From Octopus vulgaris (lineage: Eukaryota), in assembly GCA_951406725.2 (NCBI GenBank), contig OX597821.1, positions 28,334,001 to 28,398,000 of the forward strand: a stretch of 64,000 nt of DNA. The letters are read 5' to 3'. A program made the translations under genes and the position numbers. Shown piece by piece: positions 27,838 through 41,269 of the stretch. Positions within the stretch are counted from its first letter, which is position 1; each line of letters begins with the position of its first letter. Under the pieces are notes generated by a model that saw only the letters and a program-made list of their open reading frames with translations, made no database searches and had not been told where the DNA came from.

Positions 27838-30800
27838 GATAGATAGAAGCCACACAACATTGCCCAATAATATAAACACTGAAACTGTAAAACACGAAGA
27901 CAAACGCAACATTCCCAACAAACACGATGTAAACAACGAAGGGGAGCCTAATGATTATGATAATATAAAAAATAAAATAATCAAAGAACTGAAAACCACA
28001 AAGCTCAAAATGGACCACCGACCATACCTCCCAAGAATCAAAATAAACAAAATAACAACACCTATTATAAACAGCATAAACCTAGCCGTCACTGAACTGA
28101 TAGCCACTGAATAAAAAGAAAGTGATATCACTGAGCTAAATAACCTAATATACGCAGCAGCCACTGCAGCCACAAAAGAAGCTGGATACTCACCCAAACC
28201 CGCCCAAACAGGAGTACCACCACCCAAACAAACCCTGTGGATAAATAACATCCAAAGCAAAATAAAAAAAACATTAGAAAAGACCTGTCGATTCTTAATG
28301 AAATCAGCAAACAATCAACGCTACTGAGCAACAAAAAGAGAACAAAAATACTCCGCAAATGCAACATCACAGAGAAAGATTTGCCTGAAATAAAAGAAAA
28401 GCTGAAGCAAGATATCCTTGCCAAAGCACAAAGGATCCGCCGGTACAAGAAACGCCAACGCTTCTTTGAAGAAAACAAAAAGTTCAACTCTAACCCCAAA
28501 AAGTTCTACCAAGAACTGGGAAAAAATAAAACAGAAGTCACTGCAGCACCAACGGCAGAATAATTGGAAGAATTCTGGGGAGAAATATGGTCGGCGAACG
28601 AACCACCAAAACAAAAGGAGTATCAGAATAACAAACTCGGCATCTGAACAACTTTGGACCCCCATAACAACTGAAGAGGTCACCCAGGCACTGCAAAGTC
28701 TAAGCAACTGGAATGCACCTGCGCATGACAAGATCCCCAACTTCTGGTTGAAATATCTAACAGGAATGCACAAAAAGCTGGCTGAAAACTTTAACTACAT
28801 ACTAGCAGAGCCAGAGACAATGCCTGAATGGCTCACGAAGGGGAAAACCATCTTAATTCCCAAATCAAATGAAACACAAAAACCAGAAATCTACAGACCA
28901 ATAACCTGCCTCCCTACTATGTTCAAGGCATTTACTGCAGTGATATCGCAACGGCTGAACAAGCACCTGGACGAAAACAAACTGTTCCCAGAAGAGCAGA
29001 AAGGATGCCGCAAAGGCTCATATGGCTGTAAAGATCAACTAATGATTAATAAAGCCATAACTGAAGACAGCCACAGAAAGAAGAAAGGCCTCAGTATGGC
29101 CTGGATTGACTACAAAAAGGCGTTTGATAGCATACCCCACACATGGATCCTCGAAACACTAGCCATTAACAAAGTAGCACCAACAATCATAAAATTCATA
29201 GAGCACTCTATGAATAAATGGCAAACAGTCCTACACCTCCAAACAAAAGAGGGACTCATGAAAACCAAAGACATCCCCATTAGAAGAGGAATATTCCAGG
29301 GAGACACGCTCTCACCACTCCTTTCCTGCTTGGCACTGTCACCTCTATCTGATATGCTAAATAGAACTGGATGCGGATATAAATGTTACGGCAAAACGAT
29401 CAGCCACCTTTTATATATGGATGACCTGAAACTATACGCTGCAAATGACAAACAGCTGGAAACACTATTAAAGACAGTTCATGGATTTACCAAAGAAATA
29501 GATATGAAATTTGGATTAGAAAAATGCGCCAAAGTAACCCTGAAAAGAGGAAAACTAGTTAAGAGTAACAACATCACACTAGATAAAACCAATGAAATAA
29601 AAGAATTAGACCAAAGCCAAACCTACAAATACTTAGGAATCCATGAACTAGATAAGACACAACACACGCACATGAAAGAGAAAATAAAAAAAGAATATTA
29701 TAGACGAGTTAGATCAATACTAAACACAGAGCTCAATGCTAAAAACAAGATAATAGGTATCAACACTTTAGCTGTCCCAGTTATAAGTTACAGCTACAAT
29801 ATCCTTAACTGGACACGAAATGAACTGACCAAAATAGATAGGAAAACAAGAAAAATTATGACAGGATCTAGGATGCATCACCCAAAATCTGACATAGAAA
29901 GACTATATATACAACGTATAGAAGGTGGTAGAGGCCATATACAGCTGGAAAACAAATATAAAATAACCACCATAGGACTGCAAAAATATCTACTTCAGAA
30001 GGAAGGAAAACTGATCCAGATAGCGGCAAAACACGAGCAAAACAAAAAACTGTTCTCAGTATTTAAGGAAGCTGACAAATACAAACAAGAAATCAAACCA
30101 CCTAATAAACATGAAGAAGAAGAAGAAGATGAAGAAACAACAAAAGCTATAAAACAAATGAAATCCAAACAAAAAATAGAACAGCAACGAACCATGATAA
30201 AACGATGGCAAGAAAAGCCCCTTCATGGTAAATACTGGACTAAACTAAACGCAAAAGAAATAGACAAAGAAAAATCCCAGCAATGGTTGAGAAGCTCAGG
30301 ACTCAAAGCAGAAACAGAGGGATTTTTAATTGCAGCACAAGACCAAAGCCTCGCCACCAGAAATTACCAAAAACATGTAATGAAAAGAAATATTACAAGT
30401 AACTGCAGAATATGTGGAGATAGACAAGAAACAATAAATCATATTATCTCTAGCTGCCCAGTCTTGGCTAAGAAGTAATATATTCACAGACATGACAGAG
30501 TTGGAACCTACATACATTGGAAGCTATGCCAACATTATGGAATAACAACAGAAAAAAGATGGTATAAGCACACACCAGAAAAGGTCACAGAAAACGAGAA
30601 AGCAACCATACTCTGGGATATGCCGATACACACAGATAGAGAAATTAAGGCCAACAGACCAGATATAGTTGTCAGAGATCATGAAGAAAAAAATGCTTTC
30701 TAATTGATGTATCAATACCGGCTGATGACAACGTGTCTCTAAAAGAAATGGAGAAACTCTCAAAATACAAAAACCTGGAAATAGAGGTAACTAGAATGTG

Positions 30801-31070
30801 GAATCTGAAAACAGAAACAATTCCTATCATAGTAGGTGCATTAGGCATGATAAAAAAATATTCAGACAAATACATAACAAAAACACCAGGACTTACAAAC
30901 ACATATAACATACAGAAAATTGCACTACTAGGCACTGCACACATCCTACGCAGAACACTTTCCATACAATAACCAACAGAGCATCACAACAAATCACAGC
31001 ACATACCCAAGGCACACAGAGCTGTGCTCGGTAGTGAAGTGAAAGCACGCTATAAAAATAAAACTACTGA
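27838..31070 (+). mobile_element. R4/Dong-like RLE non-LTR retrotransposon, 5'-truncated (family 1), flanked by (TAA)n
   Basis: Single long polyprotein with RT, CCHC finger and restriction-like endonuclease, a 3' UTR at 30973-31070, then (TAA)n. Insertion into TAA repeats is an established property of Dong elements. Confidence 0.95.
27840..30972 (+). pseudogene. Disrupted RT-zinc finger-RLE polyprotein (largest open piece 28418-30478)
   Basis: YRPITCL, EQKGC, WIDYKKAFDSIPH, GIFQGDTLSPLL, YMDD, YKYLG, CRIC-ETINH-C, RHD, RPD-ID-EK motifs. Stops at ~28111, 28561 and 30476; frameshifts near 28270, 28620 and 30690. Confidence 0.92.
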
Positions 31071-31078
31071 ATAATAAC

Positions 31079-31142
<64 letters not shown>

Positions 31143-31584
31143 TTAATAATAATGATACTTTTATAAGGTGTCATTTATATTTAAACTACCTTGCTGATAA
31201 CACCCTCACCCGTGTTCTTCATTTCACTTCATCAAGAAAAAATGTTTTGTTTACAGATTCTCTCACTAGCTCTCAGTCTGCCGTTTATGTTACTTAATTT
31301 CAAGATTATGTATTTTCAATCATAAGTGTTACAAAGTGCCAAAAAACAGCTGAGCTTAGAACGTGTTATTGTTCAAGTAGTTTGTCTTTGTGCACATACG
31401 GTGATGAAATTAAAATTATTTGTTCTACTAAAGTTTATAAAAGATATAGCAGAAAAAATCTGTGATGCTATTCATGAGTTTATCTATCTCTCACTTTTCT
31501 GCTGATTAGAAACAGTGTATTGTCCTTAAACACAATTGTAATAACCGGTCTAGGCGACAATTCCCTCAGATAAGCAATGAAATG

Positions 31585-31914
31585 CATACATACATACATA
31601 CATACATACATACATACATACATACATACATACATACATACATACATACATGCATACATGCATACATACGTACGTACGTACATGCATACATACGTACGTA
31701 CGTACGTACATACATACATACATACATACGTACGTACGTAAATACATACGTTCATACATACATATATACATACATACGTGCATACGTACATACGTACGTA
31801 CGTACATACATACATACATACATACATACATACATACATACGTACATATATACATACATACATACATACATACATACGTACGTACATACATACATACATA
31901 CATACATACATACA

Positions 31915-31946
<32 letters not shown>

Positions 31947-31970
31947 CTTGCACACACACACACACACACA
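31585..31970. repeat. (TACA)n/(TACG)n/(CA)n microsatellite
   Basis: Seen directly. Confidence 0.95.
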
Positions 31971-32391
31971 CATATATTTATGTCTGAATAGATGGGTGGA
32001 TTGAGTATTGGAGGGAGGGAAAGTCAGAGTATGGATGAATGAGCTCCTTGATAGACGAGCGGTTGGACGGATGTATGGAAGGTTCTATGATGGGTGTAAG
32101 TATAGATGAAATGAAAGATTGTTCTGCTATAAAATTATTATCATTAATTGCATTATTTTCGAAGTAGAATTTTACATTACACAGCCTCGGAAGATTAAGT
32201 GTGCTATACATATGCAGTAAGACTAGTTGCTGCTCATATATGCGATCTCTCCATTGCAGAATATGAATTGTTTATCAAAAGGAAAGGACACTGACGTGAA
32301 CCGATCACACTTGGCAACATAGGTGATACTTTCAGAGGTGGAAGAAATACCGAAGCTCATCTACGATATTTTAACAGTTACACCAGTTGAA

Positions 32392-32842
32392 GGATCTTTT
32401 CGGTTTGAACGGCAGTTTTTTCTAGCGGTGTCATATGAAATTGCCACCTATAATTATGACCCTAGTATCGATCTATTGCATTTCAACCTGTTTTAGGGTT
32501 AAGGTTAGAGTTAGGGTTAGTTACGGTTAGGGTTAGGGTTAGGGTTAGGAGTGGGGAAAGGGTATCTTTTTCTCTTCAGAAATGTAAATAAACCCAATCT
32601 GTTTCTTAAACGAGGGATATATTCAAACGGCACAGAATATTTTCACCTCAATAGACGTCACTGATTGGTTGAGATTGCAGAAATTGAAGGAAAAAACAAC
32701 AAATATCTTACAAACTAACAGAATTCTCTCAATAAAGCCAAGAGAAAAAAGATGTTTTATAAACACATTCTACCAGTATACGAAGTTTAAAAGTTACGTG
32801 GAATTTATTTTTAAAAAACTGCCGGTCTAACTGAAAAGATCC
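32392..32842. mobile_element. MITE with ~28-bp TIRs, 8-bp TSD and internal TTAGGG repeats
   Basis: TIRs GGATCTTTTCGGTTTGAACGGCAGTTTTT / AAAAACTGCCGGTCTAACTGAAAAGATCC. Flanks cagttgaa / caattgaa. TTAGGG-like array at 32493-32549. Confidence 0.92.
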
Positions 32843-33820
32843 CAATTGAAAACCCAGGATCATTAATTTTTTATAAACGCTAGGAGGCTAAAATACAAAC
32901 GTCCCCATGTTGGGATATAAGCTCAGGGCGCAGAAAACAATATTGAGAATCGATCTCACGTCTCTGCCCATTCGATGTCTTAACTGTACAGCTGATTTTT
33001 TAAAACGTTTCCAATAATATATTTGGTCTAATTAATCAAGCTTCTGAGTTTTATTTGGATACCAGTCACCTCAAAAAGACTCAGAATTACTTGTTCCCAT
33101 TTCCGAATAAATTCTAAATATCTGAGTTTTGCTTGTAGGTGGTATCTTTATTTAGATATTAAATTGTCTGCGAATACAAAACTGAAAGCAGTTGCATCAA
33201 GATAAATGCAACCGAGATGTGTGTATGTGCTGCTTTTACTTGGTTGTTTTGACGCTTTACGTCACTCGGTTAATTACTGAAAACGATATGTGTATTTAAA
33301 TTTTACAACCCAAAACCTCTTCCATCATCAATCAGCGTTGTTACAGTTACATAAGTAATTAATGTAATTGTGAAGAATGTTAGAACGAATATGAAGCAAC
33401 ACCGTTTTATCAGAGGTATTGTACTCGTAGAAGAAATTAATGTGATTGTGCAAAATGTTGGAAGAATAAATAGATGTCTTGCAATCTGTACATAGAAAAA
33501 AGTATATAAGTCTACACTCCTCCCGTCTCCTTCGCAGGATGTAAGTTTATTGGTAACCTTTCAACGTCATTTGCTTCTTACAAGGTAAACATGCCCGCCT
33601 CATTTTATTTTACTTTTATCGATACCCCTGCATTCCCAAGGAGTGTATTTTATCGATCAGAATTGTATGATTATGTTGTAAATATTTGATATTCTGGGTG
33701 AAAGTTTGGAAGAAATCAGCAAATTTTGAAATACAGTGAGCCTAATGAGAAATTAACTTTATTAACGGCAATGTAGACTTCAGCATCTGCAACTTTACTC
33801 TGTTTTTCTGTTTCTACTAT

Positions 33821-34212
33821 TTTTACTCTTTTACTTGTTTCAGTCATTTGACTGCCGTCATGCTGGAGCACCGCCTTTTAATCGAGTAAATAGACTCCAT
33901 CACTTATTCTTTGTAAGTCTAGTACTTATTCTATCAGGCTCTTTTGCTGAACCGCTAAGTAACGGGGACGTAAACATACCAGCTTCGGTTGTCAAGCAAT
34001 GCTAGGGGTACAAACACAGACACACAAACATATACACACATACATAGATACGACGGGCTTCTTCCAGTTTCCGTCTACCAAATCCACTCACAAGGCTTTG
34101 GTCGGCCCGAGGCTATAGTAGAAGACACCTGCCCAAGGTGCCACGCAGTGGGAATGAACCCGGAACCATGTGGTTGGTAAGCAAGCTACTTACCACACAG
34201 CCACTCCTGCGT
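33821..34212 (-). mobile_element. Full-length SINE family A
   Basis: Reverse complement of 12991-13390 over its whole length. Confidence 0.9.
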
Positions 34213-34677
34213 CTATTTGAATTATTTGAATTATTTAATGCTTTCTGCAAGACAACGAACTGGTAGGATCTTTATACGATTGCAAATAAATTTTCCCTGT
34301 TCTCTAGGTTCCAGGTCCAAAATACACCGAGCTCAACTCTATTTCGCTTTTCTGGTGTCGGGAAAAGACATTACTTATGAAGTAGTTGATTCTTACAATG
34401 GATAAAAACAATTCCTCAAAATTACTGGCATTGTGTCTAAATTGGAAATATTTATTTCGTTTCTCTTCATTCTCAAAAATAAATATGGAATACGTCTTGA
34501 ACGTATGTACAAAAGTAATATAGTATTTAGATCCCGCCTTCAATGTTTCACTGTAACTTGTATCCAAAGCCTTAGTCGGACGTTCGGTTCATCCCACGTC
34601 ACAGTTCTGCTTACCAAATGTTGTCCACTTGACACTGTGCATTCGTCGCGTCGCAATAGCATCTATCTATGTTTCTA

Positions 34678-34760
<83 letters not shown>

Positions 34761-34764
<4 letters not shown>

Positions 34765-35350
34765 CAGTAATAATATACGGTGAAATCAATTAATTTGGAA
34801 TAATCATTAATTTCACCAAGTAGATTTCGGCTATTCCAAATTAATTGATTTCACCCTATATTATTACTGATAATCATATCTCATCCCAGTAAATGACCAC
34901 AACATCTTGTCCGGGCAGCACGCTGGTGGGAGGGGGTTGGTGATACAAACTTTCATTCACACTTTGAATTTGGTGATACTGGTAAAGGCTTTAGCTCGCT
35001 CCGATACTATGAGTTGAGGTGATGTTTTCTAGTACCTCGAAATTTAATATACAATTATTCATAATTGTAGAGTCCTACGCTGATGAGAAAAATAGTTGGG
35101 TAAGACATAATTATCTAATTCTTATGCTTTCCTAAAACTTAATTTCGAAACGTACGTCTGTAGGTGACTTAATATTGTATGATTGTCGTCATTTCTTTCT
35201 CTCTTGCCTGCGTTTGCCTTTCAAGTGCTGTGGTTTTACTGAGATCTCCCTTTTAGTAGAAGGAATAGCTATAACCCTTTGACTGCTATTTCTAAACTCG
35301 GTGTGTGGTGAGCCAAATCGTTGCTAAACCCTTAATTACTTAGTATTACT
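34761..35350 (+). mobile_element. ORF-less hammerhead-containing element between two (TA)n tracts, with a 42-bp terminal fold-back
   Basis: 34761-34802 is the reverse complement of 34832-34873 (1 mismatch). Hammerhead at 35071-35169. (TA)n at 34683-34760 and from 35351. Confidence 0.65.
35071..35169 (+). ncRNA. Type I hammerhead ribozyme, canonical core
   Basis: CCTACG-CTGATGA(35080-86)-helix II 35087-35146-GAAA(35147-50)-CGTACG-TC^(35158)-TGTAGG. Helix I CCTACG/TGTAGG extends to AGT/ACT. Helix III is the palindrome ACGTACGT. Confidence 0.88.
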
Positions 35351-35399
35351 TATATATATATATATATATATACTTTATTTAAAACACCAGAAAAAAAAA

Positions 35400-35457
<58 letters not shown>

Positions 35458-35472
35458 TAGACACACACACCC

Positions 35473-36251
35473 AATTATGTATATCATAGTTTGATAAAAG
35501 AGATATCTTCACTTTTCATCGCTGTACTATATTATATCAATACATTATAAGAATATTTCTACGACCGCCTCCGATCGGGAGAGGAACGCATATCACCCAT
35601 TCTGAGTTCAAGTGTAGAAAGAGACCATCAACATCCCTGGGGCTTCAGAAAGTTTACTTTACCGGACGGAATTGCGCATCGTTTCTCCCGCTGGTGCCAG
35701 TATAAATGTTTGCTATTCTTGCTGTCGTTTAAATCTACATCAGATCTATTACCACTTCCATTCATTAAAAACTTTTCCCGTCGTTTCTTATGTGCAGGGA
35801 ACACACAACTATATTATTTAGAGTGTTACTTTTACAGAGATAGACTGAGATTTCATGGAAGGCTTCGTTTTATATCTATTTGGTTTGACTACCTTGTTGG
35901 ATCGAAATACAAAGTGATGAAGAAATATGAAAACATTTAACACCAATAGTTTCCGCAAACTGAAGAGTTGTAAATATTTACTACAACCAACAGAAATATC
36001 ATTTCTAATGCATGGATTTGCTATACAAGAAGCATTTCAATCCTCATGAATTCAATGCCGTAAAACTGGTGATCTGAATCATCCTCTATTAAATCCTCAA
36101 AGCTTAAAATTTATTTCTGTTGCATTTACGAAAGTCTCAAGAATGAAAGCAATTATATTGCTCATTTTATTGAATCTGGCATAAAGCATGTATCTATCAT
36201 CCATCCATCCATCTATATATCTATCTATCTTTCTATCTATCTATCTATTTA

Positions 36252-36337
<86 letters not shown>

Positions 36338-36493
36338 CATACATACACACACACGCACACACACATATATTTATATATATATACATACACACATACACAC
36401 ACACAATTATATATATCACAGTTTGATAAAAGAGACATCTCCTAGTTTCATTGCTGTACTATATTATATCAATATATTACAAGAATATTTCTA
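35473..36493 (+). repeat. Diverged ~90-bp direct repeat (35473-35561 and 36404-36493), each preceded by (TA)n(CA)n
   Basis: 'aattat.tatatca.agtttgataaaagaga.atct...gctgtactatattatatcaata.atta.aagaatatttcta' occurs twice. Confidence 0.85.
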
Positions 36494-37643
36494 GAAATAG
36501 TGCAATGGCAAAATCAGTAACCTTCCTGCGTAAGTAAATGTCTTGCAGTATTTGTTATTTATTGCAGATGAACCGACTTAAAATGCCACTGTGCCAGCTT
36601 TCATCTTTCCTTCTAAAGACAAAACAATTCTTTACATCCATAGAAGAAAATTTTGTTGACAATATGTATTACAAACAATTGTTTCTCACTCAAGTAAGGA
36701 GTTACGAAATCTTCAAAGATGTTTGATGTAGATGCCGATAATCTCTGCAAAAACAGTGTTGTTGAACTGATAAGCTCTTACGTATTCTAACGCGGTTAAT
36801 AGACTTTGAATTATACAGAATTATTTACTTAAATATATTCTCATATTGACTTTTTTTACCATTATACACATGATCGATGAACATTTTAAAAGCTGCAATA
36901 TTTTGTGTGTGTGTATGTGTGTGTGTGTGAGTGTGTTTGTGTGTGTCTGTGTGGTGCTGGTGGTGGGGTATGTAGGTATGATTCGGAATACACATTTACA
37001 TGATATCCAAGGGAAACAACGTACTCAGTTTTTATAGCCGGGTATTTCACATATATTCATGGACGACGACTACGTAGCATTTTAAAGGAAGCAATATGTT
37101 ATTCCTTCTATGCAAACAAAGAGAATGACATGTTACGACTGCATTTACGAGATATAACATATATAGCCGTTTCCAAAGATTTCCACTTGTACATTAAATA
37201 AGATGTTCTAAGGAAAATGTGATATAATTTAATCGATGTAATGTCATGAATAAATCTTGTAGTAGTAACCGCTACAATATATATAGCGGTGTGATGTAAG
37301 AATAAGGGGCTTCTTCCCAATATACTCAGGTATATGATCAATACAACTCTTTATTGCGAAACGTTACTCTAGAATAAATAACGATACGTATACATGCGTG
37401 TGCCATTTTAATATGACACATCCTGTTGCACTGCCATAATACTAACAGTTCAAAAGTAAGTCAATGGACCATTGAGCCCCACTGGTGGAATGTCCATAGT
37501 GTTCTTTGAATAAAACGCAAAACGTGTTAATGATGAAATATCCGTGCATGGAAGCATTGGTTAATTATTATGAGCAATGTGTAATATTCATAAATGCTGG
37601 AAGATTGTTAAAAATTAATAATTATGGTTTCAAATTTTGGCAC

Positions 37644-37644
<1 letters not shown>

Positions 37645-37699
<55 letters not shown>

Positions 37700-37736
37700 G
37701 ATACTACTACTACTACTACTACTACTACTAATGATG

Positions 37737-37791
<55 letters not shown>

Positions 37792-37808
37792 TAATAGTAA
37801 TAATAATG

Positions 37809-37863
<55 letters not shown>

Positions 37864-37900
37864 TAATAATAATAATAATGATAATAATAATAATGATAAT
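37645..37900. repeat. (CTA)n-(TAA)n compound microsatellite
   Basis: Seen directly. Confidence 0.95.
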
Positions 37901-38037
37901 AAAAAAAATGAACGAACTAGTGAGTTTAGTATAATGGCCTACCAATGTATACAATGAGTTTCTTTGTCCTAGGAGTCAGGAAGACACTCGGCAAGAAATG
38001 GAAGAAAAACTCGGAAACAATAATGGAAGAAAAACCC
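37901..38037 (+). mobile_element. 3'-UTR-only fragment of Dong-like family 2 in (TAA)n
   Basis: Matches 27062-27190 (aacgaactagtgagtttagt..aatggcctaccaatgtatac...aagacactcggcaagaaatggaag). TAA repeats on both sides. Confidence 0.88.
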
Positions 38038-38043
38038 ATAAAC

Positions 38044-38099
<56 letters not shown>

Positions 38100-39318
38100 T
38101 GATGATTATGATGATGATGATGATAGCAGTACCAGGAGGTGGCTCTCAGCTGCAGTCTTGCTGGGACACGACCTTTGAATGAAAATATACAGAACGGTGC
38201 ATGAAATGCATTGCCTCCTTGTGCAGGAACCTCGCTAATTTCTGGCTTTCCGATTTCAGTATATGCATCGCTGTGATTTAAAGAAGATAAACTCTTCTAA
38301 ATTCCTTGCTGTTTTGCTGATAATTGAAAAGAATATTGTTCAACCAATTCTCTGCTCCTAGAAAGATAACCGACATCTTTAATATGCAATGTCATACATT
38401 CAAATAAAACCATGGCATATGTTTCATTTTACTTTTAAATTGACGCTTTTTTCTTCTAATTTTGGATGGAAAGGACGGAGAACAAATAACAGGAGTCGAA
38501 GCAACATATTTGGTTCTCGACTTGGGTGCAAACAAAATAGCATAGCAAAACTTGCATTACGTGACAGAAGAAATAAAGTTTGGAAGAACTTGCCACATTT
38601 CCTAGGGAATATTTGTTTAAATTTGATTAATAAGCTTTGTTTAATCCTTATATGTCGTACAACAATAACCGTTCTGATAGATTGGTTAATGTATGTAGTG
38701 TGGTTCAAATAGCAATACTTTGTACATATATAGTTGTGTTATACTCAGAAACGAAAGATTGAAATAAATGGCTATAACTAAATGGCGTGATTGCGTGTTT
38801 ACGACAGGTTATCGTATAGATATACTGTGAGATGCTGTTAACGTTAAGATGGTTTCAGCCACGCTCCTGTAATTCCTTTCTTTCGTCTTGAGTGCTTGTA
38901 TGTATGTACATATGTATGTATGTATGTATGTATGTATATATATATATATTTGTGTGTGAGTATGTGAATACATACAAATATATGCACATATATATATGTG
39001 TGTGCACACATAAGAATATATATATATATATCTACAAATGTATAAGCAACATAATTAGCAGGTTGCGTGTTTATGGAGGATGTGTGACACGCCTTATGTT
39101 GAAAGTTGGTTGGTAACATGCTATTTAATTATTCGATCAGCCCCACCACAATAGTTGTCAACAAGTTACTCCTTTGAATACATTAGTATTACTTTTTAGT
39201 TGCTTTTCGTTTTTTGTCATACTAATCAGAGTTGTACCAAAGCCATTCTGCCTGCTTCCAATCAACTGTAGATCAAATTCAAATGACTGTTTAAATTACA
39301 CCCATATGTAAATACATA

Positions 39319-39379
<61 letters not shown>

Positions 39380-39765
39380 TGTGTGTGTGTGTGTGTATGT
39401 ATATATATATTCATATATATATATATATATATATACATACGCATATGTATATATATATATACATATGTATATGTATATATATATATATATTCATATATGC
39501 ATGTATATATATATATATACTATTGTATATATGTGTGTGTCATATGTCTATACTTTAAATGCATAGAAATATACAGTGACAAATATCTTTCTTTCGACTG
39601 CATTTTCACAAAAGTAAGTAGTAGGTATTTCGCAAGCGGACCAAACGATTTAGCATGAGATTTAAGCCATGAAGAGGGAACTCCTTTTACACTTGTAGAG
39701 AATATGCTTTCTTTTGAACCATCGAATATATATATAGCGTTAGTATGCATGTATATATATATATT

Positions 39766-39828
<63 letters not shown>

Positions 39829-39829
<1 letters not shown>

Positions 39830-40506
39830 TGTAAATATAATATGTGACAATTATTCGGTAACCATGATAAAACTCCGAGTTTCAGATGTCGGGGCGTAAA
39901 CCCACGCAGCCATCTCTTCAGTTATTGGGCCATCGAAAAAATGCTATGTAAATGACCGTTAAACAAAGGGAAATTACTGTGTGATTGACCGTTATTAAGA
40001 CAAAAGAGCTATTAGAATGACCGCTAAGTGAGGGGAGGGAGTAAGATAAGGAAGTCAAAATGTTCATAGTATTCGCGTAAGAGCGCAAGTCCTTACATAA
40101 ATATGCGCGCCCGCATACATACGTGCATACGCTTATATACTAATACATTTATATACTAATACATTTAACACATGCTTACCCTCACATTCGCCAAAAATAT
40201 ATACATACCCGCATATACGCTCGCACACACACACACACACACAAGCAAAAAATGTTTCATGCACACGTCTATTTACGAATAACCACAAGAAAAAAACAAA
40301 GGCAAAATACAGAAAAATATGTAAAAAATAGTAAAAATAGCAATAACAGTAAAACACGTATATATATGCGCAAACTCGTATGCATGCACACACACGCACG
40401 TTTATATACTCGCATACCCGCACACGTTTATATACGCACACACTCACGCGCACAAAAATGTTCATACACATGGCTACCAAATAATTGTCACATATTATAT
40501 CTACAG
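39829..40506 (-). mobile_element. ORF-less hammerhead-containing element with 38-bp inverted termini
   Basis: 39829-39866 vs 40469-40506 are inverted with 3 mismatches. Flanked by (TA)n(TG)n on the left and (TA)n from ~40557. Confidence 0.7.
39862..39927 (-). ncRNA. Type I hammerhead ribozyme-like motif
   Basis: Minus strand reads ATAA-CTGAAGA-GATG..GCGT gggttt ACGC..CATC-T-GAAA-CTC g GAG-TT^-TTAT. There is one extra U before GAAA; triplet GUU; predicted cut between 39871 and 39870. Confidence 0.7.
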
Positions 40507-40554
40507 CTAAACTCCTCTATTTAAATAATATCTTTGTTGACTTACCATTTCTAT

Positions 40555-40607
<53 letters not shown>

Positions 40608-40862
40608 GAGAAATATATATTTTAATGTATCTGAACACACGGACATGCGCAGAAGCATACTTAGATATGTATACATGTATCAGTATATGGCGAACCGAAA
40701 TCTTTCAGCTGCACGTCATTCGCAACAGCAACATGTTAAACACATCTGATGTGATGCTGATATTAAGATGAGCAGCGTTTAAATCGCATTCAGATTCAGT
40801 TATATATGTTAATTTTGAAGATACGAAGATAAATATTTTAACGAAGAATATATATATATATA

Positions 40863-40960
<98 letters not shown>

Positions 40961-41230
40961 TACACAAATAGCTAACTTAAGGCGATGGCCTCATGGAGCT
41001 AATAAGCGGACAGCTTTTTTCTTATTTTTATAAGAATGCCATATTAGTATGGCGATAACTATTATATATATACATATATACATATATACATAGATACATA
41101 TATTTATATATGTATATGTATGTATGTATGCATGTATGTATGTATGTATATATATATATGTATGTATGTATACATATATACATATATATATATGTATTTA
41201 TATATGTATATGTATGTATGCATGTATGTA

Positions 41231-41269
<39 letters not shown>

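Noticed and set aside
35960-36000. CTGAAGA-GTTGTA..TACAAC hairpin
   Set aside because: Followed by CAAC rather than GAAA; no helix III or I.
40744-40795. ATCTGATG...CATTCAGAT imperfect hairpin between TA tracts
   Set aside because: The core deviates (CUGAUGU, UAAA) and the pairing is short enough to be chance.
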